Below, piece after piece: positions 1 through 13,300 of a DNA stretch of 64,000 bases (the first letter of the stretch is position 1; every line of letters starts with the position of its first letter). The position numbers and the translations under genes are program-made. This stretch comes from Raillietiella orientalis (taxonomy: Eukaryota), in the NCBI GenBank assembly GCA_036172245.1, contig JAYWIR010000002.1, positions 4,340,001-4,404,000 of the forward strand, written 5' to 3'. The notes beneath the pieces are model-generated. The model did no database searches and was not told where the DNA came from. It saw only the letters and a program-made list of their open reading frames with translations.

Positions 1-1899
1 CGCTGTCGTGAGTTACGTATTGGAACGTTGACCTTTTCGAATCGTCCGTTAAAGAAGGAGCAGGCCGAACCGTGAGTGAGGGTTAGATGGTTCGGCTTTT
101 CCTCCACGATTTCATTGACGATTCCAACAGCTGGGCGACGTTCCCTCAATGATTCAGCTTTCCCGGGGAAGGAAGGGAGGGGGGGGGGGAGCATTTGTCA
201 GATATTTCCAATGGATGAACAAAATGCGCAGCGGGGCTTAGCACCACCGACTGGCAGAGTTCACGCTGGCCGTAAGCATCAAGGTCAAAGATTTTTTGGC
301 TCATGCATCTTCACCCCTAAAAATTCGAATGCGCGTTTACGTCGCAGCAGCGTCGAGCTCGGCAGCGAGGGGCTCAGCAACTCCCTTAACATTTGCAAGG
401 GTAAAAACTGAGATAAGTTTTTTCGTTGATGTGAAACTTCGAACTCGAGATAACTTCCGCATCAGCGCGTCCCGCTTGGTGAACCAATTTATTGCCGCTG
501 CCACATTCCTTCCCGCGCTGAGAGAAACCATGACGCCAAATTGGGGTCTTAACGAGCGGACCTGAGTCTGAGGAATTCGACAAGTCGATCGTTTCGCTTG
601 AAGATGAACAGGAGGCAGATCTGCGCCCTCCAGGAGCTGTAGCCACGGTAACGAACGTCCGCGTTTCGGCAAGGCCTGATGCTGTGGTTCACATCGCATT
701 GACCCGGGATCGTTTTCGAATGCCCCAAACTGGACCTGGAGGAACGGAAAGACCTGTTGCGCTTCTTGAGTCTCCACCCTGCAGTGCTTTGGGTAGAACG
801 AAATTTGATTTTTTGGAGCGGCCTCACGGCTCGAGGAAGAAACGCGCGGAAATATAAAATATTCCCAGTGATTGGGTTTGTCGTGTTTTCTGCGCAGATC
901 TTTTTCCACAAGTTCCGCCACGAATATTTGTCCCCCCCTCCACACCTTCACGCAGAGGAGTCTCACTCCCGATGATCGCTATGAGATCACCAAGATATGC
1001 TGTGAGAATTTTCAGTCCTTTTTTGGGCGGAATGCTGCTCTCTCCAGCACAGTCAAGCTGATAATTGTCACGCCAATTGCCAAAGATTTTTTGTTCCTTT
1101 TCTCAAAGACGAGATGAGCTGCATGGTCTTTGACGCCGATAGGTGTCATTTCGGGACAGAAGGTGCCCGTTTCTCGCCTTTCGACGAGTTAAACCAACTC
1201 TCTTTTGTTTTATCCTGAGCCTCTTGACTCGCCCAACCTTTCAAAGTTATCCGTTAAGAAAGACGAAAAACCCAAGTAGGTAAGAGTTGGATTTTTCGTG
1301 TATGAAAAACTTTGAGTTAATGGAGCAGACCAGCATTGATGCTTCGTATCTTTCTCTCGTTCTTTCATCCGCCCGAGCTTCAAATTTGAACAACGTCGCT
1401 TCGTTCCCATGGTTGCAGCATGGTTGCGCCTCATGTGCCGGAAAATCGTACCTTGTTTTCATCGAAGGAAAGGGAACCCGTTGTTTCCCAGATCATCAAA
1501 TAGGCGCCTTTTCATTGTGGGAAAGCACCCACGATTCCATCATGTCGTGTGCTATAAATGTTTCCGGAAAAACCAAGCGTCGAAATTCGGGTCTTCCCCT
1601 ATTTCACGTCGGGCGGCAAAAAGAACCGAAGCTGCCAATTGAGCATCACTATGGTAGCGCAAAGCAAATCGTCTTTATAGCAACTGTGGTGTGGAAATTG
1701 AGCAGCTTCCTTAGCCTTTTGTGGCTTCCTGAAATGCTGACCCTTCTGAAATAATGAACCTGCGCTGCTGGTGACCTTTCTCCATCAATAAATTTGAAGA
1801 TGGGACACGCAGCGGTCCAGACAATTCGAAATCAGTCTTGATAGGAAACCAAGGAGCCCATTGAATACCACACAGTGGGACAGACAGATATTCTTAAAT

Positions 1900-1905
1900 T
1901 TTATT
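1900..1905 (-). terminator. Candidate polyadenylation signal (AATAAA) of the SYT14-like gene
   Basis: AATAAA on the minus strand about 385 nt after the stop codon. Confidence 0.4.
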
Positions 1906-2290
1906 GGAGTAGTAAGGAGGCACTGATTGGACAAGTAAATTCGGAGGTTTTCTGCGGAATTAAATTCTGTTTGCTTACTTTTCTTATCACAGATTTCGGT
2001 TTACAAAATGAGGAACTCATCCATCCGCTTTTGTTTGCGGAAGTTCGAGAACTCTTTTCTCTCTCCACGGTACTCGAAAGTCCTCGCGTTTTTTGTTTTT
2101 CGTTTTCGGATCATGCGGACAACAAGAAAGCACGGCGGGAAACTAAGGAGCTCTTGTCCCCTTGTACATTATGGTGTTCGGTGCATCTTACAAGTGCCGT
2201 CGCTGTTACCTCCGACGGGCGAGGAGGCAACAGGACGACGAAAGCCAAGTTCGTCGCGGGAGAACAGTTTGAAATCGGAAGTGCTGTTTT

Positions 2291-2488
2291 CTATGAAACA
2301 CTGAGGGAATGCCAACAGCACACCTGTTCACCTCTCGCCAGTTTCATCGCGTTCCAGTGCTGCATCTCGGCTTCCCCTGTATTCCTCGCTCCAAGGAAAC
2401 ACCACCCCAAAGACTGCCTTTTCTTAATGACCTTCTTCATGTAAGCCCCGATGATAAGCGTGACATCAGAAAGTTGGAAAAGACACAC
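2291..2488 (-). CDS. SYT14: SYT14-like terminal coding exon (end of C2B)
   Basis: Acceptor ttgcag|GTG. Encodes VCLFQLSDVTLIIGAYMKKVIKKRQSLGWCFLGARNTGEAEMQHWNAMKLARGEQVCCWHSLSVS*, closely resembling the SYT14/16 C-terminus (VALFQLSDVTL..QVCRWH). Confidence 0.95.
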   Translation of the reverse strand: MCLFQLSDVTLIIGAYMKKVIKKRQSLGWCFLGARNTGEAEMQHWNAMKLARGEQVCCWHSLSVS

Positions 2489-5400
2489 CTGCAAGTTCAT
2501 TATGTAAGGGACAACGGCTTTGGGTACACAACGAAAAAGACACAAATCGCTTTAGCAAGTAAAAGGTGAATTCGGTACGGAAGATGCGAGATGAAACCTC
2601 ACTTTCGGTCGGCAGAGAGTGACTTTCGATGTGCGTCATTACCTTTGTCATTGGAGGCCGGGATGCCGCGCTACCATCTCACAAGTTCGCGAGAGGTCGT
2701 GAATGGGACGATTCGTGCATAGCATTTGCTCAGCAATCGCAAAGCGTGATGTACTCATAAATCTCCATCTTTTTTTCTCCCGTTTTCTCAAGATTAAATA
2801 CCTGAATTCTTTCTTGTCTAGCAGATGAGGTCTATCGATATCCCCTCAGGCTCCCTCTTCTTGGATTTCACAAAGAGGTTCCAAAAGTCAAAATCATGCA
2901 GTGATTAGATAAAAACGCTCAAGTTTATGTACACAGTATATAAAGCGGGGAGAATTCATTTTTTTGTGTTTTTCTAGTACTAAAGCAATGCAAACATACG
3001 CTCATGCAAGTTTGCCTCGGGGTCGGCTTTCTTTGAAGTGTCATCGTGAACCAAATTTGCTCTCTGGAACGAAAAATATATATATATATCCGAATCTTCA
3101 TTCGAAGGCCTATGGTGATTTCTTCTTCTTCTTCTATCTTTTCGCTGCCCTCCAAGAAAACTTGAACACAAAGAACTTACTTTTGATTCTTCTTTAAAAG
3201 CGAACTTCCAGACAGTTTTTTTGGCATCCTGGAGTTTGAAATGCTCACGTCAGTTTTTCGGAAGACTTTTCGAAAGAGTCCTTTCGTGGGTGGGAGCCAT
3301 CCATTTGTCGGTCATCAACGCGGTCACGAGAATGCAATGCTTTCGTGGCTCTTTGCTTTCAGGTTTTCTTGAAAGGAGTTAGTGACGGGAGGGCTCTTTG
3401 AAGGAATAGACATTTCCGGGATAACAGGTAGCTGGAAGGCTTATGAACAAAAATTAGGGACCTCTGTTTTTTGTAATGACACGTCATGACGGCTGCATTA
3501 AATTACGGATCATCCTCTACAAATTGCAGAGCACCTTCAGCATTATGAAGACAGAGATGATGGATTAAATAACGAATGTTCGGATGATTCCTATTTTTTG
3601 CTCTTTAAGAACGAACGCACTTCTGGGAAAACGGGATGAGGGCAGGGCGAAACAGGTGTTCTAGCAAGCGGCTACATTGCTTCGTGAATTCAGATTCTGC
3701 AATCCGAAAAATTCATCCTGTGACCGAGCACACTACCAGACGATTCGACCTGCAAACGCCAGCAGGTCAGCTGCGTATTCTGCATCTCGAATAATAGAGA
3801 AATCCCGAATAAGATGGCGGAGTCATTTCGCGTAATCGAAGCGACTGTCGTCTTGAGCGGGCAAAAACTCGCATTTGCCGTTCTTTCCCCCCCCCCCCCT
3901 TGTATCCAGGGATAGAGCAATTGCTCCCATTTGCTTCAAAAGTTCTATTCCTTTCTCGTTCGGCAGTGAGCAGCCGTCGGGATGTCCGAATCGTGATGGC
4001 TCAATCGCTGGAGCGTGGCCGTTCAACGGCGTGAAGCTGAAGACTGCAACTCCAGCTGGTAAAACAACCTGGAATCATCTTCGGTAGCAGCAGCAAGCGT
4101 CCTTAAACGAGAAGCTTCCCAATCCACTGCAAAACGCGGTTCGCAACATGTGATCGATCCAGATTGACGATGTGGGCAAGTGGGTTCGTTTCAGTTGGCT
4201 AAGAAGCATGCAGATGCAAGAGGAGATGAAGAGCTGCTGGCTAGTGCTCCAAATAATCTGTTTCCGTTCCGGTGCTTACGACGGAACGAGACTTCCATTA
4301 TAAAAAACTCGTCCATGCAGTTTCATAGAATCGGCTTTGAAAGCTCCGTCTGTCGCTTTGACGAGCAGAGTGAATGAATTTCGCAGCTTTCCTTCTTCTT
4401 CCTACTTTGTTTCGGTTCCTATGGATTTTTCGCATTTTATAAATCGGTCGAGACTTTCGTGGTCTTCTTTCGCCCTCGCACTCGCTCTGGATTCAAATCT
4501 GGGAACACCCATTACTGCTAAGAGGGAAACCGTTAGAATTAGAAGACGGAAAAGACGAATCGTCAGCAGTGCCGCCACAGCCGCGCTATAGACCTCGGGA
4601 GGCTGTTTCATCGTGTCGGCTGACTTCTGCAGCTCGCGTGGAGAAAGTCACTTTCCTGAAAGTCACTTGGCGTGCTCCAACTCTCGTGGAATGCGAGAGT
4701 CAAGCCGCGAGCCAAGACACGATTCTTCGAAGGTGTTGCTGATGAAGCAGATAACCCGTACCCACGTGAAATTTGGGGTGAACTTTTGTTGAGGCACTTC
4801 TCCCCTAGCATTCACGGTAATGTGCAAAGCCATCTGGATCTGAAAACCGCAAGGCTTGGTGACCGCGCGGCTGCTGGAAGGGCAAAAGCGGTGTGGGCTG
4901 CTTGAAATACTTCAAACCCAGAAAGTTCGTTTCTTCAGAGCCTGCTTGTCGCGGGTACCGGTGACCGTAGCGTTGTAGCTGCCCTCCGACAAAGACCCTG
5001 GGGTCAGAGGGAATCCCCGATTTGAAAAGTTCTGAAACCAAACCGTGCGCGCAGCTGTTATGGAAGCACCATCCTTTGGCCCGTCGATGGCTCTTGGACG
5101 AAACATCCCGAGCGCCAGGTCACCCGGAACCGGCGTTTTCCTGCAGATGCTTTCTTCGCCCGTTTGCATTCGACGATTGGGAATCTGCAGGAAGCTTTTC
5201 CAATCACCCGGCGATTTAAAGTGCTTCGAGCGAGACGTGGAAAGCAATCAAGCGATTATCGAATCCGTTCGCACGGGCAGGGATGCCAACAGTTAATGCA
5301 GATTTACGATACCCCTAATTACGAAAAGGAACAGAGTATCAGATCTTCGTCAGCTAATTGGCGAGGGAGCACGGAACGAGCAAGGCGTTGTCTTCGGCTC

Positions 5401-7251
5401 CATCCGATCTGTCCATCAAGATTGCTCGGGAAGGGAGAGGAGGGAGGAAGGGAAGAGGGGGGGGGGGGGAATCGCTCTTATCCGTGTGCGCATCTTCCAC
5501 ACGAGTTTGCTTATTTCAAGTTTTCGAGCCGAGCTTCTCCCCGGAAACAACGACAGCAACCGAAACCGGGTGAGCCTGGATTCGGGACTGGTTTCCCGCG
5601 CTCGCGGGTTCACATGCGTAAGCGAAACGTTCATTCCGTGAAGCACCTCGAGTCGAACGACGCCAAGGGCGTGTTCCGCGAAACCGAGTGTTCACGAACG
5701 CAGCTCTCGACCAGCCCATCTTTCCTGCAGCCATCCCATCTGCTCCAGCCCCGCTCTGAAAGCATGGCAAAGGTACCTTTGATCTTTGCTGTTTCCCTGA
5801 TTGTGACCGGGTTCGCTTCGCAGCTCCGCACACAGGAACACGTGCACGCACACACTCCCGCGCGCGCGCGCGCACGTGTGCTCGGAACATGGGCTTTGAG
5901 CAGAGCACCGGAAAAGATATCGCAGAGAGAGGTTTGCGGCATTTGCCTAAGGAGGAAGGGAGCGTGCAGAGTCCTTTCCGCACTCTCCGGAAGTCTTTTG
6001 GAGGTCGCAGGGATTTCTTGGGCGGCTACTAGAAAACGGGAAGCGGGTCTGCGCTCTCGTACAACACCCACACACGTTTGTACAGCGCGCGAACGCGTAC
6101 TTACTTCAAAGGCGAAGCTCTCCTTGAACTCGAGACTCTCCTGTGATTTCTTGACCGAAGTTTTGTTCTGACCTATAAAATACCCTGGGCTGCTCTCCAA
6201 GCTTAGCTTGACGTAAACATCCGGGGTCTTGGAAACGGTACAAGACCTAGAAGGGAGGAGGGAGCTGCTTCGCGCTTCCGCTCGGCCACTCACTTGAAAT
6301 TGTTGCCTTTGATGATTTCGACGTACAGGTGACCTGTGTTGCCACTGTAAGCAAGGCCGATCAGTAATTCAGGCGACCTGGTTTGAGGAAAAATGACAGC
6401 AGAAGAATATGACCCCGGGGATTCGCTCCTGGTCAAGCTGGACGCATCGCTGGAATTGCTGATTTAACCTCGCGTGTTTTTTTCCCCTTGGCCAGTGAGT
6501 CTGAAGCTAACCTCGGGGAGCGGAATGCGAAACTCCCAGCGGGTTCCAGCTTAATCCATCGGGGTGCAGACACTTGGAAATTTATGGAAGCAAACTCCAC
6601 AACCGCTTCCCCCAGCAGCTTCTGCTTTCTGAAAACCTCGCATCCGTACAGCTTCAAGGACACGCCCATGAGATTCAGTTTTTCTGGAAGGAATGTACTG
6701 CTAACGGAAAGCCGAAGCAGCTGTCGCTGCTCCTTGACAGGAAGGTGTGCCAACTGCTTTTGCCATGGCAACCGGCTAGGGCTCGCGCGTCTGCTCACCT
6801 GAAGTCACTTGGTGGAAAGAAAAGGATTCGTTGTAGTGGGGGTTCCTTCCCGGCTTGTTCTTGGTTTTATACTTCTCTTGTCCGGTCGGGAGCAGAATAA
6901 GCTGTACCTGGAACAGAGTGAGATCGATCAACAACCCTTCCGAGTTCCTGATTGAATCATCAGCGTTGGTGCTGGGGCCACGTCCTGGATGGATGACCGT
7001 CGGCTAGCGTGGCGCCTTGCCGACGGCTCGGGTCGAACTGGATTTCTGTAAAGGTCTTGTACTCTGGGAGCTTCCGTGACCGTGTGTGACGACGAGCAAC
7101 ACGAGACTTTCCCGTGGTCAAATCCGGGGACAGCTACGGGACAGGTCATTTAAGGATTCGGTATGCATGGAAGATGAGTCTGGTCCAAAATCCCAAACGC
7201 CGAAATCACGACAATCAAAATTCCGAAAGATCTTAGAAATAAATACATGTT

Positions 7252-7333
<82 letters not shown>

Positions 7334-10300
7334 AAGATTACAAGGATAAACAACATATGTGTCTATTATATGTACATTAACATATATGATAAACATATAT
7401 TAAATGAATATATAAATATAGAATGATAAAATAATGGTGACACTTGAAAATAGTGAAAGCAAACAAACAAATTTAAAAAAAAAAAAAATTGGTATCTCAC
7501 TTTCCCATCATATTTGGCACTCAATAAATGGAGCTTTCTCAGCAAACGATAGATTCTATTCTCAGAATTTAGATAGTTCGATAAATATACATATGTTTAT
7601 AATTCCATATTTATATATTCTTTTCATATATATATATATATATATAAACATGTATATTTATTATTGTAGTATTGAAGATATCATAACAATACATTATTTG
7701 ATTATATGAATGAATATGTACATTAAAATAAATTCGCGTGTAATCTATATTTAAATGGATGTATCACGATCATAATGAGCATACATACTTATTTTTCATA
7801 ATCTTTAAAAAGTATGTGAATCTCTATATAGTAAACATATCATTAATTATATTAACATCTATAATAAGCATGTTTAAAATCTTGACGATGCATATGAATC
7901 TGTATATAATAAACAATTGTATTTGTTTGTTTGTTTTCATGATCTTTCGGGATTTTGATGGGCACCGATGGAAGATGAGCCGAACCTTCAAGTCGGCAGT
8001 CTGTCACTGCAGAGAGAGCAGAATCGCGGTCCAGCGCGGTCAGCTGACGGAGCCGTCTCCATAGGAGCGCAGTTTTGAATAGGCGCTTTGATTCAACGGA
8101 AAGGATTTGGAAATCTCGCGAAAGGAAACGTAAAAAAATTTTCCAATTCGAACGTCAGCGATGAGACGGTTCGGAATTGCGCGGTTTGGACCGAGGGTGG
8201 GGTCAGGGGGTAGCTGCAAGCCGAATACGATCCCCCTACGCGTGGAATGACATGACACAGTCAGGAGGGGGCGGGGAGGGGGGGGAATGTTACTCTGACA
8301 GAACGAGCCAGTTCAGTTCTCCCCAAAAGGCAAAGATGAAGGCGCCAGTTTTGAATCGGGAATGTTAAAGGTTCCGGATGGCTAACAATTTTTCATCCTC
8401 CTTCAGATGATCTCTATTCGCTCCGGTAATTCATCCTTCAGCTGCCAGGAACGGCTTTTTTCTTCCGGAGAAAGCATCTCCACGAGATGTGCGGTCAACT
8501 TGAAGAAGTGAGAATGTGCCGATTCCGAAGAGAAAATTCAAAGAAGCGGACACGAGGAAGACGTCGATGGAAATTTCACGGTTAGGAGGTTGCATGATCG
8601 AAATGCACATCAGCAAATGCTTAATGAGGATCGTCACTCTTCTTCCTCGAGAAGATACACAGCTATTGCAGAGGAGTCAGCCAGTCACGTGATCGATGGT
8701 ATTTGCTCTGCAAAGTCCCGTTCCCGATATCTGAAGCGGGCTGTCCGATCCCGAAGTCAAAAGCAAAATGAAGCACGAATGTGATGGGGGGATCTGCGCG
8801 AAGTGAGAAGCGGAAATCTTGAGGAAAGACTGCTGCGGTCTTCACGATTTTATTCTCTAAACTTCCGGGTTGCCTTCCGCTCCCGTCTTCCCGCCTTCCT
8901 TCACGCGCGCATCGCACGCTAGCGCGTGGTCTCGGCTGCAGTGAGGTGAGCGGAGTCCCGAAAGATGGCACCGTACTTCGAGGCAACGGAAAAAATGTCT
9001 GTGAAGCAGAAAGGATGTCGCCCCGATCCCTGTGAGGGTCGTCCCAAACCAGCTGAGGACTTCGAAGGAGCTCGAACGTGGTCCCGGAGTGCGAAGAGGG
9101 GAAAAAATAGCCAATCCCGGCAGTAAAAATAGCACAGACAGGAAGGTGGCAGTCGTGGCAAGCGGAAACCACGGACTGGAAAGCGAAATTGGAAAGCGAT
9201 TGGGGATGCGATGCCTCTTGAGGTCTCGGTTCCCGGCCCCAGACAAGAAGCACTCCAGGACGTGCATCCCAGACTTAAGGCAGCTGTGATTAGAAGGGAA
9301 AAGAAAAAAAAAAAAAAAAAAACCGAATGGCCCCAAACGTGAGGGGCTTCATGTTACAGTGGTGCCCTTCGGGGACAAGGGGGGATTTTGAAACTTCTCA
9401 TACCGCTCTCTAGCGACGGTGGAAAAGTATTTTCACGCTCCTATTTTTGTGCGGGTGCGGCAGTGCTGTCGGCGGGACCTTCCTCGACTTCTGTGTTGCC
9501 GTGACAATTCGGGGAAGTGATCCCAAAGGACAGCCGTCGAGTTGGAACCGAACAAGCAACAGGAACCGAAAGCTGAGCGCGCGGCAGCCGAAGGACTGCA
9601 ACCTTCCGTACGAACTTTGTGAGCAGACCCCAGAGACTGTGATCTTGGCGGATAAACAACAACCCTCAAAAGCTGATCAGTTGCGCTTGCCGTCTTCTCA
9701 CGATATTCGGTGTTCCAATGCAGTTTCTCCTAGAAGGTTTGGGTGTGGACCTAGCAGCCCTCGCCCATTTTTTCCCCGTGTCATCTCCGTTGTTGTGGCT
9801 TCCGGGGGCTCGTCTTGATCGCGTGGATCTTCTATTTTCCGCAGCATCGTTCAGCCCACCGAGGTTCTGCGCTCGTCGACGAAGGTTTGCTCAGCAGTTT
9901 CCGGTCAGTTCGCTTTCGCCGATGTAGGATTTTTTTCTTCGGAGCCGAAACAAACCTGCGTTTCGAGACAGCGCGACACGTAGAGTATTTTTATTTTTAT
10001 TTTTCTTTAGCCCTTGTTCGTCTACAACTTTCCATATTTGCACCACAGCAGCAGTCAACAAAATCGCAGACAGCAGGGAGTGCGATCGAAGCCTCGAGGA
10101 ACTGACGGAATCCAGTTTGGTTCCTTTTTTGTTTGTTTGCCTTCTGTTTTTTCCACACTCTCAGTCCTTAAATAATCTTCGAGATCGATCACTCTTGACC
10201 ACATTCTCTAAAATTGTCCCGTGTACGAGGAAGGATCCTTGCCTGCTCCTGGAAACTGGCTCTTGAACACGACGTCCCATTTCAAGCGCTCTGAAATACT

Positions 10301-13300
10301 AAAATCAGATGTCTTCGTCAGACTTGGGGAGCTGTTGCGAGGACGGAAGATGACCGACTTGCAGGTGTTACGTCATCGTCATCCTCCATGATGCAGACAA
10401 GTGAGTCGATTCTGGAGTTTGAGCAGCATCTACAGTTGAGTGTGGTTGTGCGTGGCTCGTGGACTGGGCACTACATTCTGTGAAAGCAACGGCGGTGCGT
10501 GGCCACTTTTTACCATAAGGTGGGGGGTGGCTCTGTTGAAAGAAAAGTGGAATTCGCAAACGGAGGAAATACAGAAATGGAAAGAATTCGAAATATGTTG
10601 TGATGACCCCATAAAATGCGGGGATACGAATCCGCCTTACACTAGCCCTGAGGGCAATGCGTGGACAATATTAACGGATTCATAAAAGAGATGGCATGTT
10701 TCTTAAACCGTTGTTATAGCGACAGAATATTTTCCTTGAAATTATTCTCAAGTTTGTTGGATTTGAAGTTTTCCAGGAATTTTCTTTTGTTTTCACTTGA
10801 AAACAAAAGAAAATCGAAAGTATTTATTCATTACTCAACCTGAAGTGGATGGAAAAAAAAGCTTTCAGGTTCGCTGACGTGCAGTTGCAGCTTCAGATCT
10901 ATCATCCTCATCCTTGGAAAGTGTATCTTCTGCTATTTGATACCTTAAAATTCAAATAAAATGGTATTCAACCTGATCAAACCCATCGTGCGTTTGCAGT
11001 TTTTTTTGGGGGGGGGCAAAATGATTGGAGTGTCGTTTTTTCAAAATTGAAATTTGTCGACAACGCTGTATGACAGTGTTGACAACAAACGCTGTCGTAC
11101 AACGTTTGCTGATTTCCCGCCTTACATGAGGACTGCCGCCATTTGTTCGTCGCGTTACGCGAACCCTCAGTGTACGGGGGTTGTGTTGTGTACACGTAAT
11201 GGAACCCGTGTTGGAAGACAAAGGTTATCAAACCTCCACTTGCACGAGCTGCCTGCAAAATTTACAAGTCTTCAGCACAAGTAATTTAGAATGTCAAGCA
11301 CCCGTAAGACGGAGGGCGGAGGACTCCCCTTAAACGACCTACGAGGCTGAAAGAGTTCTGACAGGGTTGCGGCGTAAGAGAAATCGGAAAAGAAATTCAC
11401 CGAAAGCAGTGAAATTTTGGTTTCTGCGTTAAGAGAAACTTACTGTACAGTCCGGCTGTTTGGCAAGCAAGGAAGATAAATCCGAAAAAGACTCCAGTGA
11501 ATGCTCCGGCGGATTCCACAGGAACTCCTCTTCCCTAGGCTGAGCCCAAACTTCGACCACGGACGAAAAAGAGTGGCCAGAAGAATAGAGGGAGAAAGTG
11601 GGGAAAAATACAGGACGTACGCGAAAGAGCGGCACTCTGTCGTGTGCAAGGCAACCTCCCTATGCTTTTGCAAGAGGATGCTGTTCAGCTCTCCGAAACA
11701 CCAAAGTTCACCATGGTAGCGAACCTGGATACAAACGAACTGCGACGTTGGACTTTGGATCAATGATGGCTTTCGTAAGTCCGTCAGGAAAAAAAAAAAA
11801 AAACATTGTCCGAGCTTCCTCGATACCCAGTGCTTCTTACTTCCCAATCTTCAGTTTCCTCGACACGATTGTCCTGGACCACTGAGTCTGTTGAGGAAAA
11901 TCCTTCTGACGCGAAGCACAAAATCATTCTTGAGGAAGGAGGGAGGGAGGGAAGGGGGAACGAACGTTCCTAATTCCACGACCTCATCGAAGACTATCGA
12001 GCGACGTAGAAGCGGGAGCAAACGTCTCATCTGCACATCAAAGATTTCCCCGGCAATACGCGGGTTCGGATCCCCCCAGCAAATTCGTTTCCCTTTCAAA
12101 GGTGTTCAGTCTCTCCGCAAGTCTTCCCCCCTCGCTCTGTGCGGATTTCACGTCTGAGAGTAGGCCCACTGCCCTTTTGCCTGTTGCTTCTTGCGGCCCT
12201 CTTTGGCCGGCGTGTGCGCGCTGCAACGATTATCCCGGAAAAGTGGGCTGCATTCCATCCCGGTGACCTGCAAAACCGTTCCCTCCCGAGCTTCCTGTCC
12301 GTTTTCCAGATCTGCTTCGTTTGGGGATGCACACACCGCCTTTCGTGTGAAACAGCACATGCCTCGTGGTCCTTATCTTCGCTACGTCTCATGAGATCTC
12401 GCTAATAAATCACGTGAGCCGTTTGTTTCTCAGTACCATTTCTCGCAACGTCGTCCCCCAAAGTGTCCGGTACGACAACGTGCGTGATTTCTACGCACCT
12501 GCGAGCATACGGATCCTCAGCGCAAGTGACTGGAATGTGCACATTCGAAACACACCTACAAAAAAAACACACACACACACACAGACAGAATGTGCATGAA
12601 ACGTATAGGTTGTCTGAAAAACGCATATGTGCGTCATGTAACGGATGCGTTTGTGATGTGGAAATTCGTGCTTTGCACAAATTTCCTCCTATTTTTGTAG
12701 TCGTGATGAATAGCATGAGATGCTGCTACGTAAAACGTAGTTTGAATGCGTTCCCACTTCTATCAGCATTTCGTCATGGTTGACTGCTACCATGAAGTCT
12801 CTGGGATCATCTTAGGATAAGCCCTCCAGCTGCGTCTGTCTCTATTGCTAATTCATTAGTACACACTGCCTACGATACCTCTGTGGACGCCTTTCCAAAA
12901 ATTGAGGAAAACAAAAAACAAATCCCCATTCGTTAAACTAAGAAACGCATCAACTCAGCACCTAAGAGGTCTTTGATTTTCTGTGCAAGACTGCAAAGCG
13001 CCTTACCCTTTCGTTCGCAACAACCGGGTCCCCTTCACCCTACTTTCGCTCGTATTTCCCTACGCCTAAGAGTCTCTAAGATCGTATTTTGCCCGACGTG
13101 TGCTGAAAGCGTTCCAACAGTCCTGAATGAAATTTTCGGCCAATACAAGAATCGTTTCAAATGACGTATTTCGAGGTGGGCTCACAATCAGATGGCTGGA
13201 ATGATGGCCGAAGGCATCAGAAACTTGGAATGGAAACTAATGATCCTGACTTCCGTGCACTGACACCCAGAAATACACACACGTACACGCACGAATACAC

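Noticed and set aside
337-966. Possible gene in the minus-strand ORFs at the window start
   Set aside because: No recognisable motif and no consistent splice structure could be built.
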